54,262 nucleotides of DNA, taken from a virus. Its lineage: Duplodnaviria > Caudoviricetes. Each line of letters opens with the position of its first letter. The first letter of the stretch is position 1. Of this stretch, positions 37,695 through 48,410 are shown piece after piece. A program made the translations under genes and the position numbers. The DNA is taken from the IMG/VR virus record IMGVR_UViG_3300042935_001150, positions 1 to 54,262 of that record. The stretch is one strand, 5' to 3'. The notes below the pieces were generated by a model. The model was not told where the DNA came from, ran no database searches, and saw only the letters and a program-made list of their open reading frames with translations.

Positions 37695-40600
37695 TTAAAC
37701 AATGGTTTTAATTTTAATTGTAGCATACGTACTTGTCTCACTATAGTTATTAGTTTTGTCTAGTATTCTACACTCTACCTTGTAATCGATTCCTGTTTCT
37801 GAAATACGAGGTATAGGTACACTGGATAAATCTAGCTTACCCTGTCCCTGACTTTGTACTTCTGGAATGATTGGAGTAGTATCCCATAAATCTGTAGTAA
37901 CAGTACTTTTATACAACCTATAAGCATATGCTTTAAAGTCGCTAGGCTGATTTGCCGTAATGGGGTCTACCACAATATAAGTAGTTTCTAAATCTATTGC
38001 AAGTGTTGGTGAATCATTAAAATTCTTGTTTTTACCATCATTGGTAAAAGCATAATCAATAGACCAGGGCCCTGCAATTTCATTAGTATTGCCTAAATAT
38101 CTTGCACGTATTTTATATTTTAACCCAGAAGTTAAACCATCAAAAGTATAACCACTTGTTTCTTTATTAACAATATGTGTTTCGCCAGGATTAGAAGAAA
38201 AAGCTGGTATGCTTCCTTCAATAATATCAAACTGTACACGAGTAGCTATTGCGGGTAAATCACTGGGATTTGTAAAAGATACAATAGCTTTATTTTGATA
38301 AGTACCAGAGGCTATTTCACTACTTACTGTACTACTAGTAGTTACACTATTTATAATAGGTGCTTTAGTAATAGTATTTTTTATTAGTGGAATATTGTTA
38401 GTAATTAAATTAGGGTTGTATACTACTAAACCACTTAAGTCCATAGTATAAATATCTGGAGAATAATCTACTAGTGTTAATCTAGCACTGTAGTTACCGC
38501 TTGGTTCAACACCAACGACTATACACTCTTGTGTTGATATAGTACTTAAACCTATCATAAATAAGTTATCTGATTCTACACCATCTGCTAAAGCTATTGT
38601 AGGTACTGTGATTGTCGTAGTATATCCAGTTGTGCCACTATACGTAAAGGTTCTGCTAACACTTCCACTACCAGTTGTGGTAGTTAAATAATTAGTTCTA
38701 ATTAGTATAGTATAAGCGGTGCCACTGGTTAAAAGTACAGGTTCACGTAAAGTTAAACTAGTACCCGTAATACTATCGCCTACTCCTGTGCCTAAACGAC
38801 CGCTTCCAACGCCCCACTGTGGTACGCTGTGACTAATTTTTACTTTGTCACCGCGAGTACACACTAAATGCTCAAAGTCTACGTTAACCGTATATGTTTC
38901 GGGGCGTAATTTAAGTTGTGCAAAATGCCATCTAGCTAAGCGAGTAGCTTGGTCAATATTAGTTACGCCAGGTAAACTTAATTGCTCAAATAACTCAGCT
39001 CCTTTTACAGAACCACTTGTTGTAGGGCCGTATCCGTAATTATAAACAATAAATTCGCGTACTTGATATGCATTACTTTCGTCATTAATGCTAACACGGA
39101 AAGCGTGTGGCAAAATGGGCAAAACTTTAGTTGACTCAAATCCCCAGCTATTATGCTCAGTAAAATGCTGGACTGTATGTGATCTAGGAGTATCAATGAT
39201 TACGCCCCATTTACCATCAATGTATGAAGGGCTAGCTTTACCTGCTGCACATATATCACGTAGAGTATCCATTACGCTTTGAGTACTAGTTAGTACTCCA
39301 TTATATGCAAATTTAGGTGCGTATACTCCAGTACCTGTTCCGGTAACTCCACCAACGACTTGTACTTCAAAACTGTCGCCAATACCATATACAATACCAC
39401 TAGTACCAGCTAAAATATTCCAATCAGCTTGCGTAGTAGTACCTAGATTACTAATAGTATACGAGCTACCTTTAACCATGCTTGGGGTAGCTACGGTCTG
39501 GGGTACTGGATTACAAAAGTTATGCCATGTAGTTAAGTTATCTATATCTAGCTGTGAAAGTTTTACTCGGAAAGCATTTGCTGGGTGTGTTAGTACATAA
39601 ACAAATAAACTAGCAGGATTGTTAGTAGCCCTTAAGTTTTCCCAACTACTAGTACTTCTTTCATAGTCCCAGGTAACAGTTTGTACTAACGCATTAATAC
39701 CATCTATTTGTCCATTAACTTTATTACTACTTTGAACGCGCACAGCTGTTTTAGCCAGATAACATCCAGGAGGATTTATCATAGGCTGTTCTTTACTGTC
39801 ATAACCTATTACACCACTTAATACGGCTTTGTGAAATTTTTTCTGGTCAGCTTCATCTTCAGTTTCGTCACTAGTTGTACGACGAACACGTACTTGATAC
39901 CTTGCTCTTGCTAAGTTTTCTACTGAGTGTACCCAGTTAAAAGCATCTTTACGTTTTTCAAACCAAGCACCCTCACCAAAGGTAAGAATAGTATTTTGGC
40001 TTGCAGCAAGATTTAATCCATTACTAGCAAAATAAGTAATCTTAGCTGCGATTCCCATATCATTGCTTTGATTGTCTACGCCACTTAGTGTAATACTGTG
40101 CAGTCCGGCTTTTAATTTAATAACGCCTTTGATACTGTCAATTGAGTTATTGTCTCCTGACTTAGGAATCTGTACTGCACGTACTCCATCAATTAATATT
40201 TCACCTTGATCGTCAGCAGCAGCTTCTACTGTGTAGTAGCCATCATAAGGAAAGTTAAGATTAGGTATTACCTTAACCCACGACCCGCCATAACCGCTTG
40301 CAGCAGGTGTAGTATACGCAGTACCCCAAACACCATAAGTACTCAAAAAGCTTCCCCATTTACCACCACTGCTTTTACGAACAACACCTCCAGCAGATAA
40401 AGCATCTAAACTAGTCCAAATAAGTTGTTCTGAAGCGGAAGGATCTGCACCACTGCTTTGGGAGTAGACCCTACCTGCCATAATTTTAATAGTTTTAACG
40501 GCCGGAGTTGACCAAGTAATACTATCTCCGCTACCAGAAAGTTCTGGAGTACTAACGTCGCTATAAGTTAATCCAGTTACTCCACTGTATCCAGTTATAT

Positions 40601-42383
40601 GGTTTGTAAGCAGTGTATAAGTACCCTGACTATCTTGATAAAAAGTATAAAGGGGCAAGTATCCAGGAGGAATTTCTGGCAAATAGCCTTTTGTAACATA
40701 GCTGTTTGTCAACGAACTATATCCTGTATTTGCATACAACGCCTGTAGATTAGTGCTAGCATTATAACCTAAAACGTCTGTGGGTGCTCCGTCAAATTTA
40801 GCAGTACCTCCGTTAGGACTTAAACAAAAAGTTGTATAGCGAAACAATGCTAAACCACTATCGCTGGCATCTGTTGGTGGAGTTAGTTCATATAAAGTAA
40901 ATGCCGTAGGATCGCTGGACTGATAGTCATAAATGCTTAGTGCGGCGCTAGTATCATTTTCTGACCATGTTGCTGTAGTATAAGGTCGCATCTGTATTTC
41001 AATTTTACAGCTAGTTGCACCTACAGTACCGTTTTTAGTATTAATTTTTCGCATGCCTTCTGGAAAGGACAGCACAACATCTACAGCATCACAAGTTTGG
41101 TCTAAATCAACTTGTTGCCATCTGCTGTAAAGCATAAATCCACCGGAAACATTTGTTGCATTATTTGTTAGTTCTAGATTTACAACTTTTGGTTCAACAT
41201 CACGTCCGTATAAGGTATTAAAGTCGTCTATTAAAGCACCAGCAGCATAATTCTTAGCGTAACCTTCTATTGTAACTGGACGCGGCACAGAAGCAGGTTC
41301 GCCTGTATAAAAGTCGAGAATTGGCCTTGTGCCAATACAAATATCATTAACTGCAAGAGGTCCGAAACCCCATACAATAGCAGTATTTAAAACATTGGTT
41401 TCAGTAAGCGACTCAACATAAGGATTGGCTCCAAGCACACCAGTAAAACGAACTTTGCCTAGGACTACAGGGATTGCTCCGTACAAGTTTGCTTGATTAG
41501 CAGCACCTGAAAGCAAATTTAGTGCATTTGCACTACCAGGATCGTTTGATTTTGGTGGGCGAATAGGTGCAATAACATTAGACAGAATCATTGCTGAAGA
41601 GCTAATAAGAAGGCTACCTACTAGTTGTGCATTAGCACCCGTAACTCCGACCATGCCGGCAGCTGTCTGAGCACCTGTTAATCCTGTAGTAGGATCTACA
41701 TAACCAGTAATAACAAACGCTGCGATCATTATCAACATACGTGTGGTATTATTACCTTGAGCAACAGTTTTATAAGAAAGTTCTTGTCCAGCTTTTACGC
41801 GTGTAGTTTCCCAATCTGCTTTAGGTACAATTACACCATCCAACATTATGACAATTTTACCAATTAACTCTGTTCCAGAAGTATACTTAGTTTTTACAAA
41901 CTCCACAAAGTCTTGTATAGTAGTGCCGGCCGCGGTCCAGTCACGATGTGCACGCAGCTTTAATGGGTGTGGTGCGCCAATAGCTTGCACCTGGGCTTGA
42001 GGCGCGTATACATAAAATCCAACAAAGCGGTTTTTCCACTTAATGTTATTTAGTGACTCAATCACGGAGTCACTACCTATGCGGCAATGTAAAAACTTGT
42101 TATCGCCCACGTATATGCCCACGTGCATAGGCTCACCAAAAATATTGAAAAGACACAAGTCTCCAGTATTTGGTGTGGTAATTTCTTCCCAGTTATCTTT
42201 GTAAAGATTAACTGCTTGTGAAATATACGGATCAGTCCCACCTACATATTCGTCACCATAGCTAGGAAGCTCTATATTATATTCATTCTTATAAAATAAA
42301 CAAGCTAATCCCCAGCAGTCAAGACCAGCTGTAGTTCTGCCATTATCTAAATATGGTAACCCAATATATTTATCATAATTCAT
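37695..42383 (-). CDS. tail tip/hub protein: NlpC/P60 + gpI-like + gpJ-like fusion with PA14-like and FN3 domains
   Basis: GLDCWGL/HVGIY/FLH, YGAIPVVLG, YQVRVRR, TNNPA, RGD.V and DGLTSGLKYKIRARY motifs. Confidence 0.82.
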   Translation of the reverse strand: MNYDKYIGLPYLDNGRTTAGLDCWGLACLFYKNEYNIELPSYGDEYVGGTDPYISQAVNLYKDNWEEITTPNTGDLCLFNIFGEPMHVGIYVGDNKFLHCRIGSDSVIESLNNIKWKNRFVGFYVYAPQAQVQAIGAPHPLKLRAHRDWTAAGTTIQDFVEFVKTKYTSGTELIGKIVIMLDGVIVPKADWETTRVKAGQELSYKTVAQGNNTTRMLIMIAAFVITGYVDPTTGLTGAQTAAGMVGVTGANAQLVGSLLISSSAMILSNVIAPIRPPKSNDPGSANALNLLSGAANQANLYGAIPVVLGKVRFTGVLGANPYVESLTETNVLNTAIVWGFGPLAVNDICIGTRPILDFYTGEPASVPRPVTIEGYAKNYAAGALIDDFNTLYGRDVEPKVVNLELTNNATNVSGGFMLYSRWQQVDLDQTCDAVDVVLSFPEGMRKINTKNGTVGATSCKIEIQMRPYTTATWSENDTSAALSIYDYQSSDPTAFTLYELTPPTDASDSGLALFRYTTFCLSPNGGTAKFDGAPTDVLGYNASTNLQALYANTGYSSLTNSYVTKGYLPEIPPGYLPLYTFYQDSQGTYTLLTNHITGYSGVTGLTYSDVSTPELSGSGDSITWSTPAVKTIKIMAGRVYSQSSGADPSASEQLIWTSLDALSAGGVVRKSSGGKWGSFLSTYGVWGTAYTTPAASGYGGSWVKVIPNLNFPYDGYYTVEAAADDQGEILIDGVRAVQIPKSGDNNSIDSIKGVIKLKAGLHSITLSGVDNQSNDMGIAAKITYFASNGLNLAASQNTILTFGEGAWFEKRKDAFNWVHSVENLARARYQVRVRRTTSDETEDEADQKKFHKAVLSGVIGYDSKEQPMINPPGCYLAKTAVRVQSSNKVNGQIDGINALVQTVTWDYERSTSSWENLRATNNPASLFVYVLTHPANAFRVKLSQLDIDNLTTWHNFCNPVPQTVATPSMVKGSSYTISNLGTTTQADWNILAGTSGIVYGIGDSFEVQVVGGVTGTGTGVYAPKFAYNGVLTSTQSVMDTLRDICAAGKASPSYIDGKWGVIIDTPRSHTVQHFTEHNSWGFESTKVLPILPHAFRVSINDESNAYQVREFIVYNYGYGPTTSGSVKGAELFEQLSLPGVTNIDQATRLARWHFAQLKLRPETYTVNVDFEHLVCTRGDKVKISHSVPQWGVGSGRLGTGVGDSITGTSLTLREPVLLTSGTAYTILIRTNYLTTTTGSGSVSRTFTYSGTTGYTTTITVPTIALADGVESDNLFMIGLSTISTQECIVVGVEPSGNYSARLTLVDYSPDIYTMDLSGLVVYNPNLITNNIPLIKNTITKAPIINSVTTSSTVSSEIASGTYQNKAIVSFTNPSDLPAIATRVQFDIIEGSIPAFSSNPGETHIVNKETSGYTFDGLTSGLKYKIRARYLGNTNEIAGPWSIDYAFTNDGKNKNFNDSPTLAIDLETTYIVVDPITANQPSDFKAYAYRLYKSTVTTDLWDTTPIIPEVQSQGQGKLDLSSVPIPRISETGIDYKVECRILDKTNNYSETSTYATIKIKTIV

Positions 42384-42949
42384 TAGAATAGTCCTGGAAA
42401 ATAACTAGGAGTAAAGTTAAAGCTAGGAAATGGTTCTGTGTTATAACTAACCATACTTAAGTTTAAGTTGACGCTTTCAGCATTGTACGTTGCTGATGTA
42501 ATATAAAAATCTGTGAAAGTTGCTTCTACATTATCAATATTACTAGAAACTACTAATTCAATTAAAACTTTAGTTCTTATACGTAAGTGATCTCGGATAA
42601 GAGTTATTGTTTCTGGCGAAACAAAGTTTAGTGAAATTGAACAGTCGCCTAAGCCAGTTTGTTGGTCAGTAGGCAAGTTTAGGGTCATTGGTAAAAATAT
42701 AAAATCTTTTGTGCGACTAGTAACTCCGTAAATAACTTCATCATCAGTAGTTATTACAGAGTTATCGGTTGTTACTGACGTTATGCGTTTTGTATAATTA
42801 TCTGATAATCTAATAGGCACAGTAGGAGCGGCAGGATCAGTGCTACCATTCGGATCGTAAATTGTAAGCAGCATTATAAGCTGTTCATCTGTTTCAGATG
42901 AAAACATTGCTTTAATTGCTGCTGGTGATAGTCTACTTAATCTGCTCAT
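42383..42949 (-). CDS. DUF1833-like minor tail protein
   Basis: LLTI, F..LPM.L.LP and EPFP..FTP..FPGLF motifs. Sits between Dit and the NlpC/P60 gene. Confidence 0.72.
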   Translation of the reverse strand: MSRLSRLSPAAIKAMFSSETDEQLIMLLTIYDPNGSTDPAAPTVPIRLSDNYTKRITSVTTDNSVITTDDEVIYGVTSRTKDFIFLPMTLNLPTDQQTGLGDCSISLNFVSPETITLIRDHLRIRTKVLIELVVSSNIDNVEATFTDFYITSATYNAESVNLNLSMVSYNTEPFPSFNFTPSYFPGLF

Positions 42950-43314
42950 TATGGTAGTATTTCAAATTTTAAAGACGTGCTCCAGTATCCTGGTGCTAAA
43001 TACTGTAGTTTAAAAAACTCACTGTCCCCGCTGGGCATAATGCGAACTTCTACAGTTGTGCCTTTTCTTGGATGTGGAAAACTAAATCGTTTAGTTCCTG
43101 CTAGAGTAGTATTAATAAATGTTTCTAGTGTTGTAGTTTCTGCAGTTGTCATTATAAAACTCAGGTCCATTGTATTAACTCCGGAACTTCTGCGTCGCTG
43201 TTTAGCTGGACCAGAGTCCATGGGTGAGCGAATAATGCTCACACCAATAGACTCTGTAAATCCTTTTTGTGGTACCTGCGGTAAAGCTTGGGCTGACCAT
43301 GCTGGAATTGGCAT
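42949..43314 (-). CDS. distal tail protein (Dit/gpM-like)
   Basis: IRSPMDSGPAKQRRR and F....L.GT..F.FPHP. Directly follows the tape measure gene. Confidence 0.75.
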   Translation of the reverse strand: MPIPAWSAQALPQVPQKGFTESIGVSIIRSPMDSGPAKQRRRSSGVNTMDLSFIMTTAETTTLETFINTTLAGTKRFSFPHPRKGTTVEVRIMPSGDSEFFKLQYLAPGYWSTSLKFEILP

Positions 43315-43316
43315 AC

Positions 43317-46300
43317 TTATCTCCTTACTAAAGCAGGCTTATTATTAAAGTTGCTTGATATTGATTGCTGTACTGGACTACCTACACGGCTTACTTCGCT
43401 TGCAACCATATCTCCAATAATAACTTCTATTTTACGATTTCCACGTGAATCAGTGGTTTCCTTGGTGGTAGCACGTTCACTTCCAAAGTTGTTAACAACT
43501 ACGTCAACGTTTCCGCCTCCACCGCCTGCGCGAACTCCAAGATTGCCGTTGCTATCACGCTTTAGGGGCATAATAGCTTCAGGACCTGCTTCACCCATTA
43601 AGCCTGTACCTTGTGCAAACTTAAACAGTGTTGGAGAGCTTACAACTGAATTGGTAAACATTCCGCCTTTGGCAAACTGCGTTAGGCCAGTGTCGAACAC
43701 ATTACCTTTTGCAGAAGCTACAGGGTAAGCTCCAGGTCCGGCATCTAAACTACCTGTTGCTGGGCCGAATAAAAAGTTCCCGATAGAAGGTCTTAAAAAT
43801 GCCCACAATGATTCTGTTTGCATTTTAAGTTCTACGCGTAAAATACCTTCAATCATACCGTCTATTAGACTCTTGAAACTGAGTTTACCTGTTTTAGTAA
43901 ACTCTACAATTGCATCAGTCATACCTTGAAAACTGTTTTTAAATACTTCTTCGTACTGTGATTGACGATCTACTAGTGAGGCAGTAATATTAGCTGTTTT
44001 AAGTTTTGCTTGATAATCTCTTTCAGCCGCCTGATTTTCTAAAGCAGCTCTAGACTGAATCATGCTATACTGTCCACGCATTTCATCAGATTCTTCGTCT
44101 TTGCCTGCTAGAACTTTTCTAGAATACTCTAGTTGTGCTAAGAATCGAGTCTTTTCAATTTCTTTTAATTTCTGTGTTAAGTCTAATTCTGCTTGTTGTG
44201 CAGTTAGTTCAAGAACTTTTGCAGCGGATTGTTGTGTAGTTAATGCCCCTTTTGAAGTTAAAAGATTTAGTTCTTCTCGGGCTGCGCTAATACTATCAGT
44301 GCCAATATCATAATTAGCTTTAGCAAACATCATTTTCATTTCTTCTGCTTGCACACGCTCAGCATCAAATTTTGCTGCTTGTGCCAACATTGCGTTATAC
44401 TCTGCAGTTCCTACTACTGTGGCTCCAGTTACTGATCCAAGTGCTTGTGTTGTACCTTGAGTTTGTCCAATTTTATTAAAGGCGCTGCTTGTTACTGCTC
44501 CCGGAACACCAAAGCGTCCAGCAATACCTACTTGAACATTCTGTTGGGCAGTAGGTAATACTTCCAACATACGACGACGTTCTTCAATATACTTTTTAGC
44601 TTCTAATTCTATTTCAGCTATTTTAACTTGATTGCCTATAACTCCTGCCTGAGTTTTAGCATATGCTAAGTCTGCTTCTTTTTTTGCAATTTCTGCGCTT
44701 AAATTTTCTTTAGCAACTACAAAAGCTATTTCTGCTAAACTATTTGCTTGTTTAAGGTTTACAAGTTTTTCTTTTTCTTCTGCTGCCAAGTTGGCCAAAA
44801 ATGCTGACTGTTTATTTTGTAGAAGTCGTTGTACAGCAGGGTCTTGTCTATCCTCTGCTGTTATTCCTTTAACGTTAGATGTTTCTAATACTCTTTGAAT
44901 ACGGGTTTTAGAATCTAGCTCTTTTTGAGCCGCAGCCATTGCGTCTTCTCGTGCACCTGGAGTTCTATATGCTCCTGCTGATACGCCTGCTAAAGTTTCT
45001 TGAGCGTTTCTAACATCAATAGAGGCTTTTAAAGCATCTATTGAGTTAACTATATTTATTTGCGATTTTAGCAACTCTTTTTCTACTTGTATACCAGCTT
45101 TTTCTAATCTGCTTGATTCTATAATAGATTCTACAGTTTTTACAGGTAAAGATGCTATTACTTGCTGTTGAGTGTTAATTCTTAGTTGCTTTTCTTTTAA
45201 CTTAAATTCTGCTAAAACTTTATCTAAGGCCTCTGTGCTTGCTTGGGCTAAAGCTTGGGCAGCTTGTTTTCCGAGTGCCGCTATTTCAGTATTAGTTCTA
45301 CCAATGACTTCTTTGTACTTCTTAATAGATTCATTTAGTTGAGACTCGTCTGCTCTCAATAGTATAGTTGCTTGCATCCATTGATTTGCACCTACTAATT
45401 TTTCTTTAATTTTAGCCAAAGCATCTTCAGTAGCTTTTAAACCTACTTGCGCAGCACCCTGCTCTTGCCTTATTTTTTTAAACGCAGGTGCTAAGTCGCT
45501 TATAGTATTTACAGCTGAATTTGGTAAAAATTGTAAATTAGCTGTACCGCTTAAAACTTTCTCAAACTCTGCAGCACTTCCTAAAGCGTTATCAAAAGCA
45601 TCTTTTAATGCAAATAACCCTTTAACACTAGTATTTAAAAATGCTTGCATTGGGCTTTGCCCGTACACAGCATTAGAAAAAGTTAGGAAAGCTTCACTTG
45701 TAGCTTTAGCTGTTTCTGCTACGTTTTGTGTAACCGACTGACCGGCTTTAAGTACCTTATCTGTTTCGGCTAAAATTTTGCTGATTTCTCTGGCTTTTTC
45801 AACTACTTTTTCAGTAGGTACTAGATCAAGACCTTTTTCAATGTCTAATGTGCCCAGGCTACTTATTAGTTTTTTCTCTAAATTATCTCTAATTTCGCCA
45901 GCTGGCGCTGTTGCAATTGCTGCATTAATACTGCTGGTAAATCCTTTAGTAAATTGTGTGCGAATATCTCCGCCCCAAATAGTTTTCCAACCGTCTATAA
46001 ATTTGTCAAAACCACTAGCAGCTGCATTTGCCTTTAATAAGTTAGTAGTGGCTGTATCTATATCATCAGCTAAATTGCCGAAAGCATTTGCTTTTGCATT
46101 TAAACTTGCAGTAGTTAATGTACTACCGTATTTTTCTGCTACAGCTATAGCAGTTTTAGTAGACTCAGATAAGCCATCTATACTAGATTTAAGAGTATCT
46201 GTTTCTTTTCCGTTTTTAGAAAAGGCAAAGTTTAAAATTCCAAAAACTACTATAGCAATTTCTAAATATACTAAAGCCCCGCTAAGGGATCTACCAAGTT

Positions 46301-47930
46301 GACTTGCTGCGGTTCCAACTGACAGAAGCGCACCAGTTGTTACAGTTTTAAACTTATCAATTCTGTTTAAGTCTTTATTTGCCATAGTTTCTTTGTAGAA
46401 ACCACCAAAACCAGCACCTAAACCTTGAGTAGAAACACGTTCTCCGACACCCGCTAGTAAAGTTAATCTAGTTGCTTTTGCACGCTCTTGTGCTACAATT
46501 TTTTCTCGCTGCCATTCTTCGCTTAAAAAACGAGATCTTTTATCTGCTTGGTTTTGAACCGCATCATTAGCTTGTACAATATCTTTTGATGTTGCAACCA
46601 TCTGTAGCTGAATAGCTTGTATGCCTCTAAGACCTTCTACATGCTTTTGAGTACTAGCATTAGTACTATCTTGTTTTTTAGTAATTTCGCCTTGTAAGGA
46701 AGCTAACTGTCGAGTAGTTAACAATTCTCCTGAAGCAATAGCTTTTGATAAAGCGCTATTACTTTTTAACTCATTTTGTTCTTTTAAAAATGACTTACTT
46801 TTTTCAGCATAAATTTGTTTTTGAGTATCTAAGGCTGATTCTAATTGAGGTAAACGTACTCGTGCTTGTGCACGCTGAACAAAAGCTTCTCCAAAACTAG
46901 TATTAATTTCCTGAGCTCTTTTTGCGGCATCCTCTGCTGCAAACTTTAAACCAACCCTCCAACTTGCTAATGCCGGTAAAGCTTGTTGAGTAATTTTTAT
47001 TGCTGCTGCTGCAATAGCAATACCAATTAAAGCTGTATTATCAGCTAAAAGTTTGGCAATAGGCGCAATAACTGTATTGATTACGCTAAGTATTTGTGTA
47101 GCAACATTTTTTAAACTAGCCAATAGTTTATCATACGGATTTGCGGTGGCGGCAATTTCGCCAAACTTTTGACGACCTTCTGCTAACACTGCGTTTGCAA
47201 AAGCTTGACGTCTTTCAAAATCTGTTAGTGCAGACTCTGTTTTATTTACTGAACGCGCGTAGTCTTCGGCAGCCTTGCCTACTTTTGTAAACAGCCCCAG
47301 TTCATCTAATAGTTCAGGCTCAAGTTTACTAATACCGCGTGTCAAACGACTAACTGCATCCGACATATTTACACCTAAAGCCTGACTTGCACCTTTAGCT
47401 ACTACTCCTAGTTCCATGAACTGTTTTTTAGTTAAACCGCTAGAAGTTGCTTTTGCGGTAGCTTCCATAGCTTCGCGTAAACTAATAGATCCATCGCTAG
47501 CTGCTGCGAATTGCTTAGCTAAACCACCCAGAGCAACGCCACTAGCTGCCCCCAGTTGGTCTAGTCCACGAATCATGTTGGTAGTATCCATAGCATCACT
47601 TAATGCTTTAAAAGCCGCACTTACAGCAAATACATTGGCTGCGTAAGTAGCATATAGGCGTACTAATCCACCAAGACCCTGTGCTTGGTTTGCAAAGTCT
47701 CGTCCGCTTGCTCCAGTAGATCCCATTGATCCACGAGCACGACCATACTCTATATTTTCACCTGCGCTAAAGCTGGCTGCAGCTGCTTTACTACCAGATT
47801 TAGTACCAGTAGTATATTGCTGTGCTTTTTGTAATTCTTTATTTAAACCTTTGACATCGTTAGTACGCTGTTTGATACTATTCGATTGATCTTGTAAGCT
47901 TAAATTAATATTAACTTGATTTGATGCCAT
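43317..47930 (-). CDS. tape measure protein (1537 aa)
   Basis: Long Ala/Leu-rich helical protein after the chaperones, T5 pb2-like N-terminus and MGEAGPEAIMPL C-terminal motif. Confidence 0.92.
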   Translation of the reverse strand: MASNQVNINLSLQDQSNSIKQRTNDVKGLNKELQKAQQYTTGTKSGSKAAAASFSAGENIEYGRARGSMGSTGASGRDFANQAQGLGGLVRLYATYAANVFAVSAAFKALSDAMDTTNMIRGLDQLGAASGVALGGLAKQFAAASDGSISLREAMEATAKATSSGLTKKQFMELGVVAKGASQALGVNMSDAVSRLTRGISKLEPELLDELGLFTKVGKAAEDYARSVNKTESALTDFERRQAFANAVLAEGRQKFGEIAATANPYDKLLASLKNVATQILSVINTVIAPIAKLLADNTALIGIAIAAAAIKITQQALPALASWRVGLKFAAEDAAKRAQEINTSFGEAFVQRAQARVRLPQLESALDTQKQIYAEKSKSFLKEQNELKSNSALSKAIASGELLTTRQLASLQGEITKKQDSTNASTQKHVEGLRGIQAIQLQMVATSKDIVQANDAVQNQADKRSRFLSEEWQREKIVAQERAKATRLTLLAGVGERVSTQGLGAGFGGFYKETMANKDLNRIDKFKTVTTGALLSVGTAASQLGRSLSGALVYLEIAIVVFGILNFAFSKNGKETDTLKSSIDGLSESTKTAIAVAEKYGSTLTTASLNAKANAFGNLADDIDTATTNLLKANAAASGFDKFIDGWKTIWGGDIRTQFTKGFTSSINAAIATAPAGEIRDNLEKKLISSLGTLDIEKGLDLVPTEKVVEKAREISKILAETDKVLKAGQSVTQNVAETAKATSEAFLTFSNAVYGQSPMQAFLNTSVKGLFALKDAFDNALGSAAEFEKVLSGTANLQFLPNSAVNTISDLAPAFKKIRQEQGAAQVGLKATEDALAKIKEKLVGANQWMQATILLRADESQLNESIKKYKEVIGRTNTEIAALGKQAAQALAQASTEALDKVLAEFKLKEKQLRINTQQQVIASLPVKTVESIIESSRLEKAGIQVEKELLKSQINIVNSIDALKASIDVRNAQETLAGVSAGAYRTPGAREDAMAAAQKELDSKTRIQRVLETSNVKGITAEDRQDPAVQRLLQNKQSAFLANLAAEEKEKLVNLKQANSLAEIAFVVAKENLSAEIAKKEADLAYAKTQAGVIGNQVKIAEIELEAKKYIEERRRMLEVLPTAQQNVQVGIAGRFGVPGAVTSSAFNKIGQTQGTTQALGSVTGATVVGTAEYNAMLAQAAKFDAERVQAEEMKMMFAKANYDIGTDSISAAREELNLLTSKGALTTQQSAAKVLELTAQQAELDLTQKLKEIEKTRFLAQLEYSRKVLAGKDEESDEMRGQYSMIQSRAALENQAAERDYQAKLKTANITASLVDRQSQYEEVFKNSFQGMTDAIVEFTKTGKLSFKSLIDGMIEGILRVELKMQTESLWAFLRPSIGNFLFGPATGSLDAGPGAYPVASAKGNVFDTGLTQFAKGGMFTNSVVSSPTLFKFAQGTGLMGEAGPEAIMPLKRDSNGNLGVRAGGGGGNVDVVVNNFGSERATTKETTDSRGNRKIEVIIGDMVASEVSRVGSPVQQSISSNFNNKPALVRR

Positions 47931-47985
47931 CTGTACTCCTCTTTAGGGTTGGTGGCTAAAACTTTTAATAGCTTGACTAGTGTAC

Positions 47986-48014
47986 ATTATAACATGCAAC
48001 CACACTTTTGTCAA
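47986..48014 (-). promoter_or_regulatory. sigma70 promoter for the tape measure/tail tip genes
   Basis: TTGACA (48009-48014), 17-bp spacer, TATAAT (47986-47991), extended -10. Confidence 0.88.
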
Positions 48015-48033
48015 ACCAAAAAATTTTTAACGT

Positions 48034-48068
48034 AAAAAAGCCTGCCAATTTTTAGTTGGCAGGCTTTT
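48034..48068 (-). terminator. intrinsic terminator, possibly bidirectional
   Basis: AAAAGCCTGCCAA-loop-TTGGCAGGCTTTT with T runs on both strands. Confidence 0.8.
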
Positions 48069-48402
48069 CCATCTTTTTCTTATTATTGATTTCGTCTGAT
48101 CTTACAGCATCAATCATACGTATTAGCATGATAATAAACTTCTGCTCAGATTGCTCAATCTCTGTTGCTTCTAAAACATCTTTTACACCTATCAAAGACT
48201 TGCCTAAGTAGTTACCATTCATAGTATCCCACTCATCTCGTAACATTCGATAAGCATTAAATGCTTGTTGTACCTCTATTGGAAAGTCTTCAAATTCCAC
48301 GGGGATCTCAGACTCAATAGGGTCTGAGCCCATCGTTTCGCACATTTCAAAATACGCTTCTTTGGTCATACCAAGACCCATATTCTGAATATAGTTGACC
48401 AA
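48052..48402 (-). CDS. tail assembly chaperone, frameshift extension (gpT-like, T5 p138-like)
   Basis: No clear RBS (TTG start). Its frame stays open up to the slippery site in the upstream gene. Confidence 0.8.
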   Translation of the reverse strand: MVNYIQNMGLGMTKEAYFEMCETMGSDPIESEIPVEFEDFPIEVQQAFNAYRMLRDEWDTMNGNYLGKSLIGVKDVLEATEIEQSEQKFIIMLIRMIDAVRSDEINNKKKMEKPAN

Positions 48403-48410
48403 CTGTGCGT

